This document shows, piece by piece, positions 11,082-22,238 of a stretch of DNA of 64,000 bases. Location: contig CAWJSX010000003.1 of assembly GCA_963845675.1 (NCBI GenBank), forward strand, positions 88,807 to 152,806. Direction: 5' to 3'. The DNA comes from an uncultured Actinomycetota bacterium (lineage in GTDB: Bacteria; Actinomycetota; Actinomycetes; Actinomycetales; CAWJMD01). Each line of letters begins with the position of its first letter. Position 1 is the first letter of the stretch. The translations under genes and the position numbers were made by a program. The notes under the pieces were generated by a model. That model did no database searches. It was not told the DNA's origin and saw nothing but the letters and a program-made list of their open reading frames with translations.

Positions 11082-12491
11082 ATGCTCATGACGGACGGAG
11101 GACCGGCCTTCACCGCACCCGACGAGGGGCTGCTCGACGAGCTCGCCGCCCGGGTGCCGCGCGGCGCCGTCGTCCGCGACCCCGACGTCGTGGCCGGGTA
11201 CAGCCGCGACCGTGAGCCGTGGTCCCCCTCGGGGACGCCGGCGGCGGTGGTGCGGGTCACCCGGACGGCCGACGTGGTCGCGGTGATGCGCTGGGCGTCG
11301 GAGCACCGCGTCGCCGTCGTGCCCCGCGGGGCGGGCTCGGGGCTCGCCGGCGCGGCCAACGCGACCGACGGCTGCGTCATGCTGAGCACCGAGCGCATGG
11401 ACTCCGTGCTGGAGGTGGACGACCGCGACCTGCTCGCCGTCGTGCAGCCTGGTGTGATCAACGCCGACCTCAAGAAAGCCGCTGCGGCACAAGGGATGTT
11501 CTACGCCCCGGATCCCGGCTCGCAGGGGTTCTGCACGATCGGGGGCAACGTCGCGACCAACGCCGGCGGCCTGTGCTGCGTCAAGTACGGCGTCACGCGT
11601 GACGCCGTGCTCGGGCTCGAGGTGGTGCTGGCCGACGGGCGCGTCCTGCGCACGGGCGGTCGCACCGTCAAGGACGTGGCGGGTCTCGACCTCACCCGCC
11701 TGTTCGTCGGCAGCGAGGGCATGCTCGGGGTCGTCACCGAGGTCACCGTACGGCTGCTGCCGGCCAGGCCCGCGCCGTCGACCGTGGTGGCCACGTTCGC
11801 TGAGCTCGTCGACGCCGGCGACGCGGTGTCGGCGATCATCGCGTCCAGCCGCCCGAGCATGTGCGAGCTGATGGACGCGACGACGGTGGCCGCGGTCGAG
11901 CAGCACTCACCGAGCGGGCTCGACCTGTCGGCAGCGGCGCTGCTGGTGCTGCAGTCCGACGCCCCGGGCTCCGCGGGCGAGGCGGAGTGCGAGGCCTTCT
12001 CCGCCGCCTGCGAGAAGGCGGGCGCGACGTTCGTGATGTCCACGTCCGACCCCGTCGAGAGCGAGATGCTGACGATGGCCAGGCGTTCGGCGGTGGTGGC
12101 CCTCGAGGCGCGGGGCGGGTGGGTGCTCGACGACGTCGGTGTCCCGCTCTCGCGCATCCCCGACCTGGTGGCCGGCTGCGCCTCGATCGGTCGGGACCAC
12201 GACGTCGAGATCGCCACGTTCGGCCACGCCGGCGACGGCAACATGCACCCCACCGTGGTCTACCCACGCGGCGACGCCGCCGCGGAGGCGCGTGCGGGAG
12301 CTGCCTTCGTCGCGCTGCTCGACCTGGCGCTCGAGCTGGGGGGCACGGTGACGGGGGAGCACGGCGTGGGCCTGGCGAAGCGCGCGCACCTGGCCCGGCA
12401 GGTCGGCGAGGTGCACCTCGACGTGCAGCGCTCCGTCAAGGCCGCGCTGGACCCGCTCGGCATCCTCAACCCGGGCAAGTCCCTGGGCTGA
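11082..12491 (+). CDS. FAD-linked oxidase (GlcD / D-lactate dehydrogenase-like)
   Basis: Intact 469-aa ORF. FAD-binding PCMH domain (VVPRGAGSGLAGAANA, VQPGVINADL) and a C-terminal FAD-oxidase domain (GHAGDGNMHP, GTVTGEHGVGLAKR). Confidence 0.85.
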   Translation: MLMTDGGPAFTAPDEGLLDELAARVPRGAVVRDPDVVAGYSRDREPWSPSGTPAAVVRVTRTADVVAVMRWASEHRVAVVPRGAGSGLAGAANATDGCVMLSTERMDSVLEVDDRDLLAVVQPGVINADLKKAAAAQGMFYAPDPGSQGFCTIGGNVATNAGGLCCVKYGVTRDAVLGLEVVLADGRVLRTGGRTVKDVAGLDLTRLFVGSEGMLGVVTEVTVRLLPARPAPSTVVATFAELVDAGDAVSAIIASSRPSMCELMDATTVAAVEQHSPSGLDLSAAALLVLQSDAPGSAGEAECEAFSAACEKAGATFVMSTSDPVESEMLTMARRSAVVALEARGGWVLDDVGVPLSRIPDLVAGCASIGRDHDVEIATFGHAGDGNMHPTVVYPRGDAAAEARAGAAFVALLDLALELGGTVTGEHGVGLAKRAHLARQVGEVHLDVQRSVKAALDPLGILNPGKSLG

Positions 12492-12512
12492 GGGCGGTTC
12501 GAGCGGCCGAGG

Positions 12513-13007
12513 TCAGCCCGCGAGCCACTCCCGGCCGACCTGCTGCTCCTTGCGGATCGCCGACATGATGGCCGGCTGGGCGGCCTTCTCGAGGCTGCCA
12601 CCGATCAGGGGCACCGAGGCCTTGAGGTCGCCCTCGACCGTCTGGAGGGTGCCGGCGCCGGACGGGCTCATCCGCATCGTGCCCCTCAGTCGCAGCGGGG
12701 CCCCCACGATCTCGACGGTGACGGTCGCCTCGCGGGAGCCGTCGGCGGCCGGTGCCTCCCAGGCGTCCGCCTGCTTGATGGTCACGGTGTCGCCCACGAA
12801 CTTGCGTGCCACGTCAGGGAAGTCGTCGGTCGGCATGGTGCGCGACGAGGTGGCCGTGAAGGGACCCGACGCGTCTCCCGACACCTCGACCGAGCGCTGG
12901 AGCGCTCCCATCCGGTCGCACTTGCGCTCCACGAAGGCCTTGTCGGCCAGCATCGCGGCCACCTGGTCCGGGCTCGCCTCGTACGTGATCTCGGCATCGA
13001 CGCGCAT
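12513..13007 (-). CDS. DUF2505 / SRPBCC-fold protein
   Basis: Intact 164-aa ORF (MRVDAEITYEASPDQVAAMLADKAFVERKCDRMGAL...). The pattern is typical of actinobacterial DUF2505 proteins. Assignment from memory. Confidence 0.7.
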   Translation of the reverse strand: MRVDAEITYEASPDQVAAMLADKAFVERKCDRMGALQRSVEVSGDASGPFTATSSRTMPTDDFPDVARKFVGDTVTIKQADAWEAPAADGSREATVTVEIVGAPLRLRGTMRMSPSGAGTLQTVEGDLKASVPLIGGSLEKAAQPAIMSAIRKEQQVGREWLAG

Positions 13008-13105
13008 CCGTCCTCCTGAGCTCGGTCGTGAGTCGGAGGCAGCCTAGATGCAGGGCGGGACGCCGACCGGCACGGTCCGCCACGCGAGGGCCTACCCTTC
13101 GGCGC

Positions 13106-13915
13106 GTGAACGAGCACCCGAGCAACCCACCGTCCGACCGGCACTTCGGAGAGCAGGGGGGCAGGCTGACCTACGGCTCCTACCTACGGCTCGACCAGCT
13201 GCTCACCGCGCAGGTGCTGGAGTCCGACCCGCCTGCGCACGACGAGCTGCTCTTCATCACGATCCACCAGGTCTACGAGCTGTGGTTCTCGCAGCTGCTG
13301 CACGACCTCGGCGAGGTGCGCGCCGCCATGTTCGACGGGCGGCTGTGGTGGGCGCGTCACCTGCTGGGGCGGGTCGGCACGGTCGAGCGCGTCCTGATCG
13401 CCCAGATCGAGGTGCTCGAGACGATGACCCCTCAGGACTTCCTGGTGTTCCGTGAGCGGCTGGCGCCGGCGTCGGGCTTCCAGTCCGTCCAGTTCCGCGA
13501 GCTCGAGTTCCTCTCGGGCCACAAGGACCCGGGGTTCCTCGAGCGCTTCCGGGGCCTCACCGCCGACGAGCGGGCCCGGCTGGAGAAGCGGTTGGAGGAG
13601 CCGACCCTGTGGGACGCCTACCTGCACGTGCTCACCTCCCACGACCTGCCGGTCGGTGACGACGAGCAGGTGTCGTCGTCCCTGGTGGCCGTGGCTCGCG
13701 ACCGCGACCGCTTCGGCGACGCGTGGGAGCTAGCCGAGAGACTGCTGGACCACGACGCGCGCGCTGCGGAGTGGCGCGCCCGCCACGTGCAGATGGTCGA
13801 GCGACAGATCGGCACCAAGTCGGGGACGGGCGGCTCGAGCGGCGCCCCCTACCTGCGGTCGCGCCTGCCCCTGCGGTACTACCCGTTGCTGTGGGAGATG
13901 CGCGGCGCGCTCTAG
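13106..13915 (+). CDS. kynA: tryptophan 2,3-dioxygenase
   Basis: ORF 13028..13915 trimmed to GTG 13106. Motifs: LTYGSYLRLDQLLTAQ, HDELLFITIHQVYELWFSQLLHDL, FRERLAPASGFQSVQFRELEF, and the heme-His region GTGGSSG..YL. Confidence 0.85.
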   Translation: MNEHPSNPPSDRHFGEQGGRLTYGSYLRLDQLLTAQVLESDPPAHDELLFITIHQVYELWFSQLLHDLGEVRAAMFDGRLWWARHLLGRVGTVERVLIAQIEVLETMTPQDFLVFRERLAPASGFQSVQFRELEFLSGHKDPGFLERFRGLTADERARLEKRLEEPTLWDAYLHVLTSHDLPVGDDEQVSSSLVAVARDRDRFGDAWELAERLLDHDARAAEWRARHVQMVERQIGTKSGTGGSSGAPYLRSRLPLRYYPLLWEMRGAL

Positions 13916-14013
13916 GTCGCTCGCGGGACGACCTCGGCGCCGCGGTACTAGGCTCGACGGGGCGCACAGCGAGGTGCGCCGCCGAGGCAAGACCCGCGAG
14001 CAGGTGGAGTGCC

Positions 14014-17000
14014 ATGTCGACAGGTACGGTCCGGAAGCCCTCCGCCTCCGGGGGTGACCCTCGGGCCGACGTGATCGCGAAGGCCGCGTCGGGGGGCGAG
14101 CGCTACGGGGCGCGGGACGAGGACCTGACGGCGTTCCTGACGCGCTACTACCGGCACGTCGCCGACGAGGACCTTCTCGGTCGCGACCCCGTCGACCTCG
14201 CGGGTGCGGCCCTCAGCCACCGGCAGCTCGCCCAGGATCGTAGCCCGGGCACGGCGGTGATCCGCGTGCACACCCCAGCCGTCGAGACCCACGGGTGGCA
14301 GACCGGGCACACCGTCGTCGAGGTGGTCGCCGAGGACATGCCGTTCCTCGTCGACTCCGTGACCCAGCAGCTCAGCGGGGACGGGCGAGCCGTCCACCTG
14401 GTTGTTCACCCGATCATCGTCGTCCGGCGCGACGTCACCGGGCACCTGCTCGAGGTGCTCGACGTGCCGACCGCCTCGCTGACCTCCGGCCAGCGCGGCG
14501 AGGGCTGGCCGGACGACGCGGTCGCCGAGTCGTGGATGCACCTGCAGATCGACCGTGAGCCCGACCCCGAGGTCATGGCCGAGATCGAGGTCCACCTGGC
14601 CGGCGTGCTGGAGGACGTGCGGACCGCGGTCGAGGACTGGCCCAAGATGACGCAGGCCGCCCTCGCGGTCGCCGACAGCCTGGTCGAGGAGGTGCCGGAC
14701 GACCTGGCCGAGGAGGCCCGCCAGGCCGAGCGGCTGATGCGCTGGCTGGTGGACGAGAACTTCACGTTCCTCGGGTACCGGGAGTACGCCCTGGAGGGGG
14801 ACCCGGGCCAGGAGCGTCTGCGTGCCGTCCAGGGCACGGGGCTCGGCATCCTGCGCTACGACCAGGCGCAGGACTCCTCGAGCTTCGAGCGGCTGCCCGC
14901 CACGGTGAGGGCCAAGGCCCGGGAGCGCCGCGTGCTGATCCTCACCAAGGCGAACTCGCGGGCGACCGTCCACCGCAGCACCTACCTCGACTACGTCGGG
15001 ATCAAGACGTTCGATCCCGACGGCTCTGTCACCGGGGAGCGACGCTTCCTCGGGCTGTTCACCTCGGCGGCCTACACCGAGAGCGTGCGCCGCGTTCCGG
15101 TCGTCGACACGAAGATCACGGAGGTGCTCGAGCGTGCCGGCCTCTCGCCCGCGAGCCACTCGGGCAAGGATCTGCTGGCGATCCTCGAGACGTACCCGCG
15201 GGACGAGCTGCTCCAGACCGACGCCGAGCAGGTCTACTCCACGGCGATGTCGGTGCTGCACCTGCAGGAGCGGCGCCGGACCCGGCTGTTCCTGCGCACC
15301 GACGAGTACGGCCGATTCGTGTCGGCGCTGATCTTCCTTCCGCGGGACCGCTACACGACCGCCGTGCGGCTGCGGATGCAGCAGATCCTCAGGGACGCCT
15401 TCCACGCCGACAGCGTCGACTACACGACCCGCGTCAGCGAGTCGGTGCTCGCGCGGCTGCACTACGTCCTGCGTCCGGCGGCCGGCGAGGAGCTGCCCGA
15501 CGTCGACGCCTCGGCTCTGGAGTCGCGGCTCGTCGAGGCGACACGCACCTGGGAGGAGGACCTCGCCGACGCCCTGACGCGCGAGGTCGGCGAGGTCGAG
15601 GCCGGACGGCTGCAGCGCGCGTGGGGCAGCGGGTTCCCCGAGGCGTACAAGGAGGACTTCGCCGCGCGGGTCGCCGTCGGCGACCTCCGCCGCATCGAGG
15701 CGGCTGTCGCGGACCACGAGAGCGGCTTGGGGGAGAGCGCCCTCGAGACCGTCCTCTACGAGCCCGTCGGCGGTGGCAGCGACGAGCGCCGGTTCAAGCT
15801 CTTCCGCCGGGAGCCGCTCTCCCTCACCACGGTCCTGCCGTTCTTCCGCAACCTCGGCGTCGAGGTCACGGACGAGCGACCGTACGAGATCGTCAACGCC
15901 GACGCCCGGATCTCGTACATCTACGACTTCGGCCTGCGGTACCCCGGGCTGTCCCAGTCGGCCGCGAGCCGCGACATGCTCACGGACGCCTTCGAGGCCG
16001 CGTGGGCCGGGCGGAGCGAGTCGGACGGGTTCGACCAGCTCGTGATCGCCGGCGGCCTGACGTGGCGCCAGATCGTGGTGCTCCGCACCTACGCGAAGTA
16101 CCTGCGGCAGACCGGCTCGACGTTCAGCCAGGACTACGTCGAGGCGACGCTGCTGGCGAACTGCTCGATCGCCCGGCGGCTCGTCTCCCTCTTCGAGGCA
16201 CGTTTCGACCCGGACCTCGGAGGTGGGCGACTCGACCTCGCCGCGCGCGCCGAGACGGCTGACGCGCTGGTCGAGGAGATCACCGCGGCGCTCGACAAGG
16301 TCGCCAGCCTCGACGCCGACCGGATCCTGCGCGCCTTCCTCGGCCTGATCACGGCCACGGTGCGCACGAGCTTCTTCCAGACGGACGACGACGGCGCGCC
16401 GAAGACCTACGTCGCCGTCAAGCTCGACCCGCGCCGGGTGCCGGAGCTGCCGGAACCCCGTCCGGTGCACGAGATCTGGGTGTACTCCCCTCGCGTCGAG
16501 GGCGTGCACCTGCGGTTCGGCGACGTCGCCCGCGGCGGGTTGCGCTGGAGCGACCGTCGTGAGGACTTCCGCACCGAGATCCTCGGGCTGGTGAAGGCGC
16601 AGACCGTCAAGAACGCCGTGATCGTCCCGACCGGCGCCAAGGGCGGCTTCGTCGCCAAGCAGCTCCCCGACCCGGGGGACCGGGAGGCGTGGCTCGCGGA
16701 GGGTGTCGCGAGCTACACGACCTTCATCTCGGCCCTCCTCGACGTCACGGACGACCTCGTTCCCGACGGGGAGGCCGGTCCCGCCGGGCGCCGTGTCGAG
16801 CCGCCCCCGCGCGTGGTGCGGCACGACGGGGAGGACACCTACCTCGTGGTGGCCGCGGACAAGGGGACCGCGAGCTTCTCCGACATCGCGAACGGCGTGG
16901 CGGCCGAGTACGACTTCTGGCTCGGCGACGCCTTCGCCTCCGGTGGGTCGGTGGGCTACGACCACAAGGCGATGGGCATCACGGCGCGCGGCGCGTGGGA

Positions 17001-18994
17001 GTCGGTGAAGCGGCACTTCCGCGAGATGGGGCACGACACGCAGAGCCAGCCGTTCACCGTCGTCGGCGTCGGCGACATGAGCGGTGACGTCTTCGGCAAC
17101 GGCATGCTGCTGTCGGAGCACATCCGGCTGGTGGCCGCGTTCGACCACCGGCACGTGTTCCTCGACCCCGACCCCGACCCCGCGGCGTCGTACGCGGAGC
17201 GGCGCCGGCTCTTCGACCTGCCCAGGTCCTCGTGGGAGGACTACGACTCGTCCCTGCTGAGCGACGGCGGGGGCGTCTACAGCCGGTCGGCCAAGTCGGT
17301 GCCGATCAGCGGCCCGGTGCGCGAGCGGCTCGGCCTGCCCGAGGGCACCACCGCCATGACACCCGCGCAGCTGATGAAGGCGATCCTCTCCAGCCCGGTC
17401 GACCTGCTCTGGAACGGCGGGATCGGCACGTACGTCAAGGCGTCCACCGAGGACCACGCGGCGGCCGGCGACAAGGCCAACGACGCGATCCGGGTGGACG
17501 GTGCGGACCTGAGCGTGAAGGTCGTCGGCGAGGGAGGCAACCTGGGGCTCACCCAGCGCGGTCGCATCGAGGCAGCGCGGAACGGCGTGCGCGTGAACAC
17601 CGACGCCATCGACAACTCGGCGGGCGTCGACTGCTCCGACCACGAGGTCAACATCAAGATCCTCCTCGACCAGATCGTGGCCGACGGGGACCTCACGTCG
17701 AAGCAGCGCAACAGCCTGCTGGCCGAGATGACCGAGGAGGTCGCGCGCCTGGTCCTGCGCGACAACTACGAGCAGAACGTCCTGCTGGGCAACGCACGCC
17801 ACCAGGCGTCCGGGATGCTGTCCGTCCACGCCCGGCTGATGAAGATGCTCGAGGCCAAGGGTGAGCTCGACCGCGAGATCGAGTTCCTTCCCGACACCGG
17901 CGGAGATCGAGCTCCGCATCGCGGACGGCATGGGGCTCACGTCACCCGAGTCCGCCGTGCTGGTCGCCTACGCCAAGATCGCGCTCAGTGCCGACATCCT
18001 GGCCAGCGACGTCCCGGACGACCCGTGGTTCCAGCAGGTCCTGCAGAAGTACTTCCCGCAGCCCCTGGTGGAACGCTACGCGGACCGCCTGGCGGCCCAC
18101 CCGCTGCGCCGCGAGATCGTCACGACGTGGGTGGCCAACGACATCGTCAACCGCGGAGGAATCACCTTCGTCTTCCGGGCCCTGGAGGAGACCGGCGCGA
18201 CGGCGGCCCAGGTCGTGCGGGCCTACGTCGTGGCGCGAGAGGTGTTCGGGCAGGAGGAGTTCGTCGCCAGGGTCGACGCCCTGGACAACGAGATCTCGAC
18301 GGACCTCCAGACCGACCTGTACCTCGAGTTCCGGCGGCTCGTGGACCGCGCCTCCCGCTGGCTGCTGCAGAACCGGCCGGGTGAGCTCGACGTGCAGGCC
18401 GAGATCGACCGGTTCTCAGCCGTGGCCACGCGGTGGCGCGGGTCGATGGCGGACGTGCTCGTCGGGTCCGACCGCGAGCGCCTGCTCACCGGCGTCGAGA
18501 CGATGCGGTCCGAGGGGGTCGATGAGGAGACCGCCCGGTGGGCGGCCGGTCTGCTGGACGAGTTCTCCATGCTCGACGTGGCCGAGCTCGCGCAGACGAC
18601 CGGGCAGCCCGTCGAGGAGGTCGCCAGCGTGTACTTCGCGGTCAGCGACCGGTACGGGCTCGACGCGATGCTGGGCCGCATCTCCCACCTCAAGCGCGCC
18701 AACCGGTGGGAGGCGCTCGCCCGAGGAGCGCTGCGCGACGACCTGTACGCGGCGTGGATGGGCCTGACGAGGTCTGTGCTGACGACGGTCGACAGCGGCG
18801 CCGACGACGGGTCGGAGGACGGTCACCGTGCCGCGGCGCGGATCGAGCGGTGGGAGTCGGCGAACGCCGCGCAGCTCAACCGGGCGCGCTCGACGATCGA
18901 TGAGGTCCGCGCCCTGGAGCACGGGGACCTCGCGTCCATGCAGGTGGCGCTGCGGGTACTCAGAGGGGTGATCCGCGCCGGTTCGGCGACGTGA
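14014..18994 (+). pseudogene. gdh: large NAD-specific glutamate dehydrogenase (about 1650 aa class), one frame break
   Basis: ATG 14014 in ORF 13723..18384 (MSTGTVRKPSASGG...), with the catalytic region GGLRWSDRREDFRTEILGLVKAQTVKNAVIVPTGAKGGF. The C-terminal 370 aa lie in ORF 17861..18994. The junction ...EIEFLPDT / AEIELRIADGMGLTSPE places an indel near 17890-17900. Confidence 0.9.
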
Positions 18995-19032
18995 CGCCCG
19001 GCCCGCGCCGCGTCCTGCCGTCCAGCGCGACG

Positions 19033-19038
19033 TAGGGT
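19033..19038 (+). promoter_or_regulatory. -10-like hexamer TAGGGT placed for a leaderless pdtaS transcript
   Basis: TAGGGT ends 6 nt before the GTG start at 19045, and no Shine-Dalgarno is visible. This geometry is typical of actinobacterial leaderless mRNAs. Prediction only. Confidence 0.35.
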
Positions 19039-19044
19039 CACCAC

Positions 19045-20604
19045 GTGTCCACGCTGTCAGACCTCGTCCGCGACCGGTGCGACCTGGACCGCAAGGCGGT
19101 CGAGTGGCTGCACCAGCTGACCGGTGACTGGCAGCTGCTGTCGGACCTCTGCTTCGCCGACCTGGTGCTGTGGGTCCCGCTGCGGGACGGCTCGGGACAC
19201 CTGGCGGTGGCGCACGTCCGCCCCAGCACGGCCGCCACCGTGCACCACAGCGACCCCGTCGGGTCGACGGTGCCGACGGCGGAGCAGCCCGAGGTCGACC
19301 GGGCGAGCCGCCGCGGCACGCCTCCATCCGGGGGTCGAGCGCGACGGGGTGTGGCACGAGGCCGTTCCGGTCTGCCACGACGGGCGGGTCGTCGCGGTGC
19401 TCGGACGGCACGCGCACGTCGTGTCGGTGCGCCCGGAGAGCCCCCTCGAGGTGGCGTACCGGCGCGCGGCCGACGCGTTGCTGCTGATGGTGGCCCAGGG
19501 CGGCTACCCCGACTCCGGGGCGCCCACCGGCCAGCGGCGTGGTGCGCCTCGTGTCGGTGACGGCCTGATGCACCTCGACGCCGACGGTCGCGTGCTGTTC
19601 GCCAGCCCGAACGCGCTGTCCAACTACCACCGTCTCGGGCTGGCGGGCGACCTCGAGGGAGAGCTGCTGGCCGAGGTGACGGCCGGACTGCTGGACGGAC
19701 CGGACCTGGTCGACGAGACGCTCCCGCTGGTCGTCACCGGCCGCGCGCCCTGGCGTACGGAGGTGCAGGCGCGCGGGGTCGCCCTGTCCCTGCGGGCCAT
19801 CCCGCTGCGTCGACGACGGCGTGCGCGTCGGCGCGCTGGTGCTGTGCCGTGACGTCTCGGAGCTGCACCGCCGCGAGCGCGAGCTGATGACCAAGGACGC
19901 GACGATCCGCGAGATCCACCACCGGGTGAAGAACAACCTGCAGACGGTGTCCGCGCTGCTGCGCCTGCAGGCGCGGCGCATCGAGTCGCCGGAGGCGCGC
20001 GGTGCGCTGGAGGAGGCGATGCGCCGGGTCGCGACGATCGCGCTCGTGCACGAGACGCTGGCCCGCGGCATCGACGAGTCCGTCGACTTCGACGCGCTGC
20101 TCGACCGCGGTCTCGCCCTGACCGCCGACCTCCTGGCGGCCCCGACGGCCGGGGGGAGGGCCGTGCGTCACGGGTCCTTCGGCGTGGTCCAGGCCGCGGA
20201 CGCGAACGCGCTCGCCCTGGTGCTGGTCGAGCTGGTCTCGAACGCCGTCGAACACGGCCGCGAGGGCGAGCCGGCCGACGTCAGCGTCGAGGCGCGACCG
20301 CGACGGCCCGCTGCTCGAGGTCGCCGTCGTGGACGACGGTCCCGGTCTGCCCGACGGCTTCGCGCCCGGCCGGCAGGGGCTGGGCACCCAGATCGTGCAG
20401 GCACTGGTCGCGGGTGAGCTGAGCGGCAGCATCGACTGGTCGGCGAACCCCGGCGGGGGGACGCGCGTCGTGGTGCGGGCGCGGCTCAAGGAGCCTGGAC
20501 GGTCCCTGAGGCACGACAAAGGGCGCCCGGCCGATCGGCCGGACGCCCCCCGTGGTCTCGGTGGTGTCAGCCGGCGCGTCGTGCGCGAGCGGTGCGGCGC
20601 TTGA
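19045..20604 (+). pseudogene. pdtaS: PdtaS-type sensor histidine kinase (GAF-PAS-HisKA_2-HATPase), at least three frame breaks
   Basis: The N-terminus MSTLSDLVRDRCDLDRKAVEWLHQLTGDWQLLSDLCFADLVLWV matches the PdtaS pattern. IREIHHRVKNNLQTVSALLRLQARR is the H-box. Pieces lie in ORFs 19045.., 19124.., 19821.. and 20329.., with junctions near 19315, 19815 and 20297. The true stop is probably before the hairpin at 20521, so the 3-prime end is uncertain. Confidence 0.85.
20521..20548. terminator. GC-rich hairpin between convergent pdtaS and whiB1 (bidirectional terminator candidate)
   Basis: GGGCGCCCGGCC-GATC-GGCCGGACGCCC forms a 12-bp stem with one mismatch. On the whiB1 (minus) strand it is followed by TTTG, 19 nt after the whiB1 stop. 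Confidence 0.5.
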
Positions 20605-20815
20605 GGGCGCGGCGCTCGTCCTCCGAGAGCCCACCCCACACGCCGGCGTCCTGGCCGTTCTCGAGTGCCCACTTGAGGCACTGGTCGACGACGTCGCAGC
20701 GGCGGCACACGGCCTTGGCCTCGTCTATCTGCAGCAGGGCGGGCCCGGTGTTCCCGATCGGGAAGAACAGCTCCGGGTCCTCGTCCAGGCACGCAGCGCG
20801 GTGGCGCCAGTCCAT
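20567..20815 (-). CDS. whiB1: WhiB-family redox-sensing transcription factor, WhiB1/WblE orthologue
   Basis: ORF 20567..20827 trimmed to MDWRHRAACLDEDPELFFPIGNTGPALLQIDEAKAVCRRCDVVDQCLKWALENGQDAGVWGGLSEDERRALKRR. It has the four Cys, the GVWGG turn and a basic tail. It is near-identical in pattern to mycobacterial WhiB1 and sits next to pdtaS, as in other actinobacteria. Confidence 0.9.
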   Translation of the reverse strand: MDWRHRAACLDEDPELFFPIGNTGPALLQIDEAKAVCRRCDVVDQCLKWALENGQDAGVWGGLSEDERRALKRRTARARRAG

Positions 20816-21069
20816 CGTTCCACTCACTCCTCATCGCTTGTGAACAGGTTCACGAGCAGTCTCAGTGCGAAGGGGCGCCCGTAACGCACGCCCCTCGTCC
20901 GGAAAAGGCTGTCACGCGCTCACCCCGGATCACAAGGCCTCGGGCGGGGGTTTCGCACGGTACGCCTGAGTCCTTGGTCACGTCGACGTCACGATCACGC
21001 CGACATCGGCGTGACGATCACCACCACAACGAAGAGGCCGATCGGCGTGTTCCCGGTAGCGTCCACGCC

Positions 21070-21489
21070 GTGACGACCTCCCAACCGGCCGCTGCGCGCG
21101 TTCCGCGCACGGTGCTGGCGGTGCCGCCGCCCTGCTCGCGGAGGTCCTGCTCCTGCTCGTGGTGGCGGGGTTCTTCGTCTACGCCGTGGCGACGGACCGA
21201 GCGGCCGACGTCGGGCTTCGACCTGGCCACGGCCGTGTTCTGCCTGCTCGTCGTCGGCGTGCTGCTGGCGTGCGCGAGGGCCCTGTGGCGGGGGCTGCGC
21301 TGGGCCCGGGCGCCGGTCGTCACGGTCCAGCTGCTCACGTTGTTCGCGCTCGCCGTGCCGGCGCTGCAGGCCGGGCGCACCTGGCCGGGTCTGCTGCTGC
21401 TCGCCCTCAGCGTCGTGGCCGGGGCGGGGCTCTTCGCGCCGTCGGCGGTGCGGCACACCGAGGGTCGGGGTGGCGCACCCGTCGCGTGA
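21070..21489 (+). pseudogene. small integral membrane protein, frame broken (probably twice)
   Basis: The C-terminal part of ORF 20974..21489 is hydrophobic (FDLATAVFCLLVVGVLLACARALW..., VTVQLLTLFALAVPAL, LLLLALSVVAGAGLF). An upstream TM helix (LLLLVVAGFFVYAVATDRAADV) appears only in the frame of ORF 21159... Putative GTG start at 21070. Confidence 0.4.
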
Positions 21490-21509
21490 CGGGCACGCAC
21501 CTGTGCCGT

Positions 21510-22238
21510 TCAGGCCTCCGTCAGCTCCGTGCGCAGCGTCTCCAGCGTGCGCGCGAGCAGGCGCGAGACGTGCATCTGGGAGAGGCCGACCTCGTCGGCG
21601 ATCTGCTGCTGGGACATGCCGCGCACGTACCGCAGCGCCAGGATGCGGCGCTCTCGCGGGGGCAGCGCCTGCAGCAGCGGCCGGAGCGCCTCACGGTTCT
21701 CGACGCCGTTCAGGCCCTCGTCGTGCACGGTCAACCACGCCGCGTCGGACTCGACCACCGGCTCCAACGGCACGGTCGAGTAGGCGCCGGCGGACTCGAG
21801 CCCCTCCAGCACGGTCTCCGCGTCCACCCCGGTGCGGGCGGCGAGCTCGTCGACGGTGGGGGAGCGGCCGAGCTCCTGCGTCAGCGCGGCCCGTGCGATC
21901 GACAGGGTGCGGGTCAGCTCCTGCAGCCGTCGCGGCACGCGCACGGCCCAGCCGCGGTCGCGGAAGTGCCGCCGGATCTCGCCGAGGATCGTCGGCACGG
22001 CGTAGGCGGCCAGCGAGCCTCCGCGCTCGGGGTCGAAGCGGTCAACGGCGTTGATCAGGCCGATGGTGCCGACCTGGATGAGGTCGTCGAGCGCCTCGCC
22101 CCGCCCGGAGTAGCGGCGGGCCAGGTGCTCGACGAGGCCGAGGTGCGCCGAGACCAGGCGGTCACGGGCCGCGAGGTGCTCCGGGTGCTCGCGAGGGAGC
22201 CTCGTCAGCAGCTCGAGGTCCTCCTCGACCGTCGTCAT
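21510..22238 (-). CDS. SigB/SigF-type (Streptomyces SigH-like) stress-response RNA polymerase sigma factor
   Basis: Intact 242-aa ORF. Region 2 is DLIQVGTIGLINAVDRFDPERG...YAVPTILGEIRRHFRD. Region 4 HTH is MSQQQIADEVGLSQMHVSRLL. An anti-sigma kinase-like gene lies immediately upstream with a 4-nt overlap. Confidence 0.9.
   Translation of the reverse strand: MTTVEEDLELLTRLPREHPEHLAARDRLVSAHLGLVEHLARRYSGRGEALDDLIQVGTIGLINAVDRFDPERGGSLAAYAVPTILGEIRRHFRDRGWAVRVPRRLQELTRTLSIARAALTQELGRSPTVDELAARTGVDAETVLEGLESAGAYSTVPLEPVVESDAAWLTVHDEGLNGVENREALRPLLQALPPRERRILALRYVRGMSQQQIADEVGLSQMHVSRLLARTLETLRTELTEA

Noticed and set aside
13948-17940. 1330-aa ORF on the minus strand opposite the glutamate dehydrogenase gene
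   Set aside because: Its composition is Arg/Gly/Pro/Asp-rich with no recognisable motifs, and it is exactly antisense to a strongly conserved gene. This is a typical stop-codon-poor shadow ORF of very GC-rich DNA.
20909-20934. CRP/Cmr-type site upstream of whiB1 (GTCAC...TCACA)
   Set aside because: Only half-site-like pentamers are present. Spacing and symmetry do not fit TGTGA-N6-TCACA, so I cannot support a site by eye.
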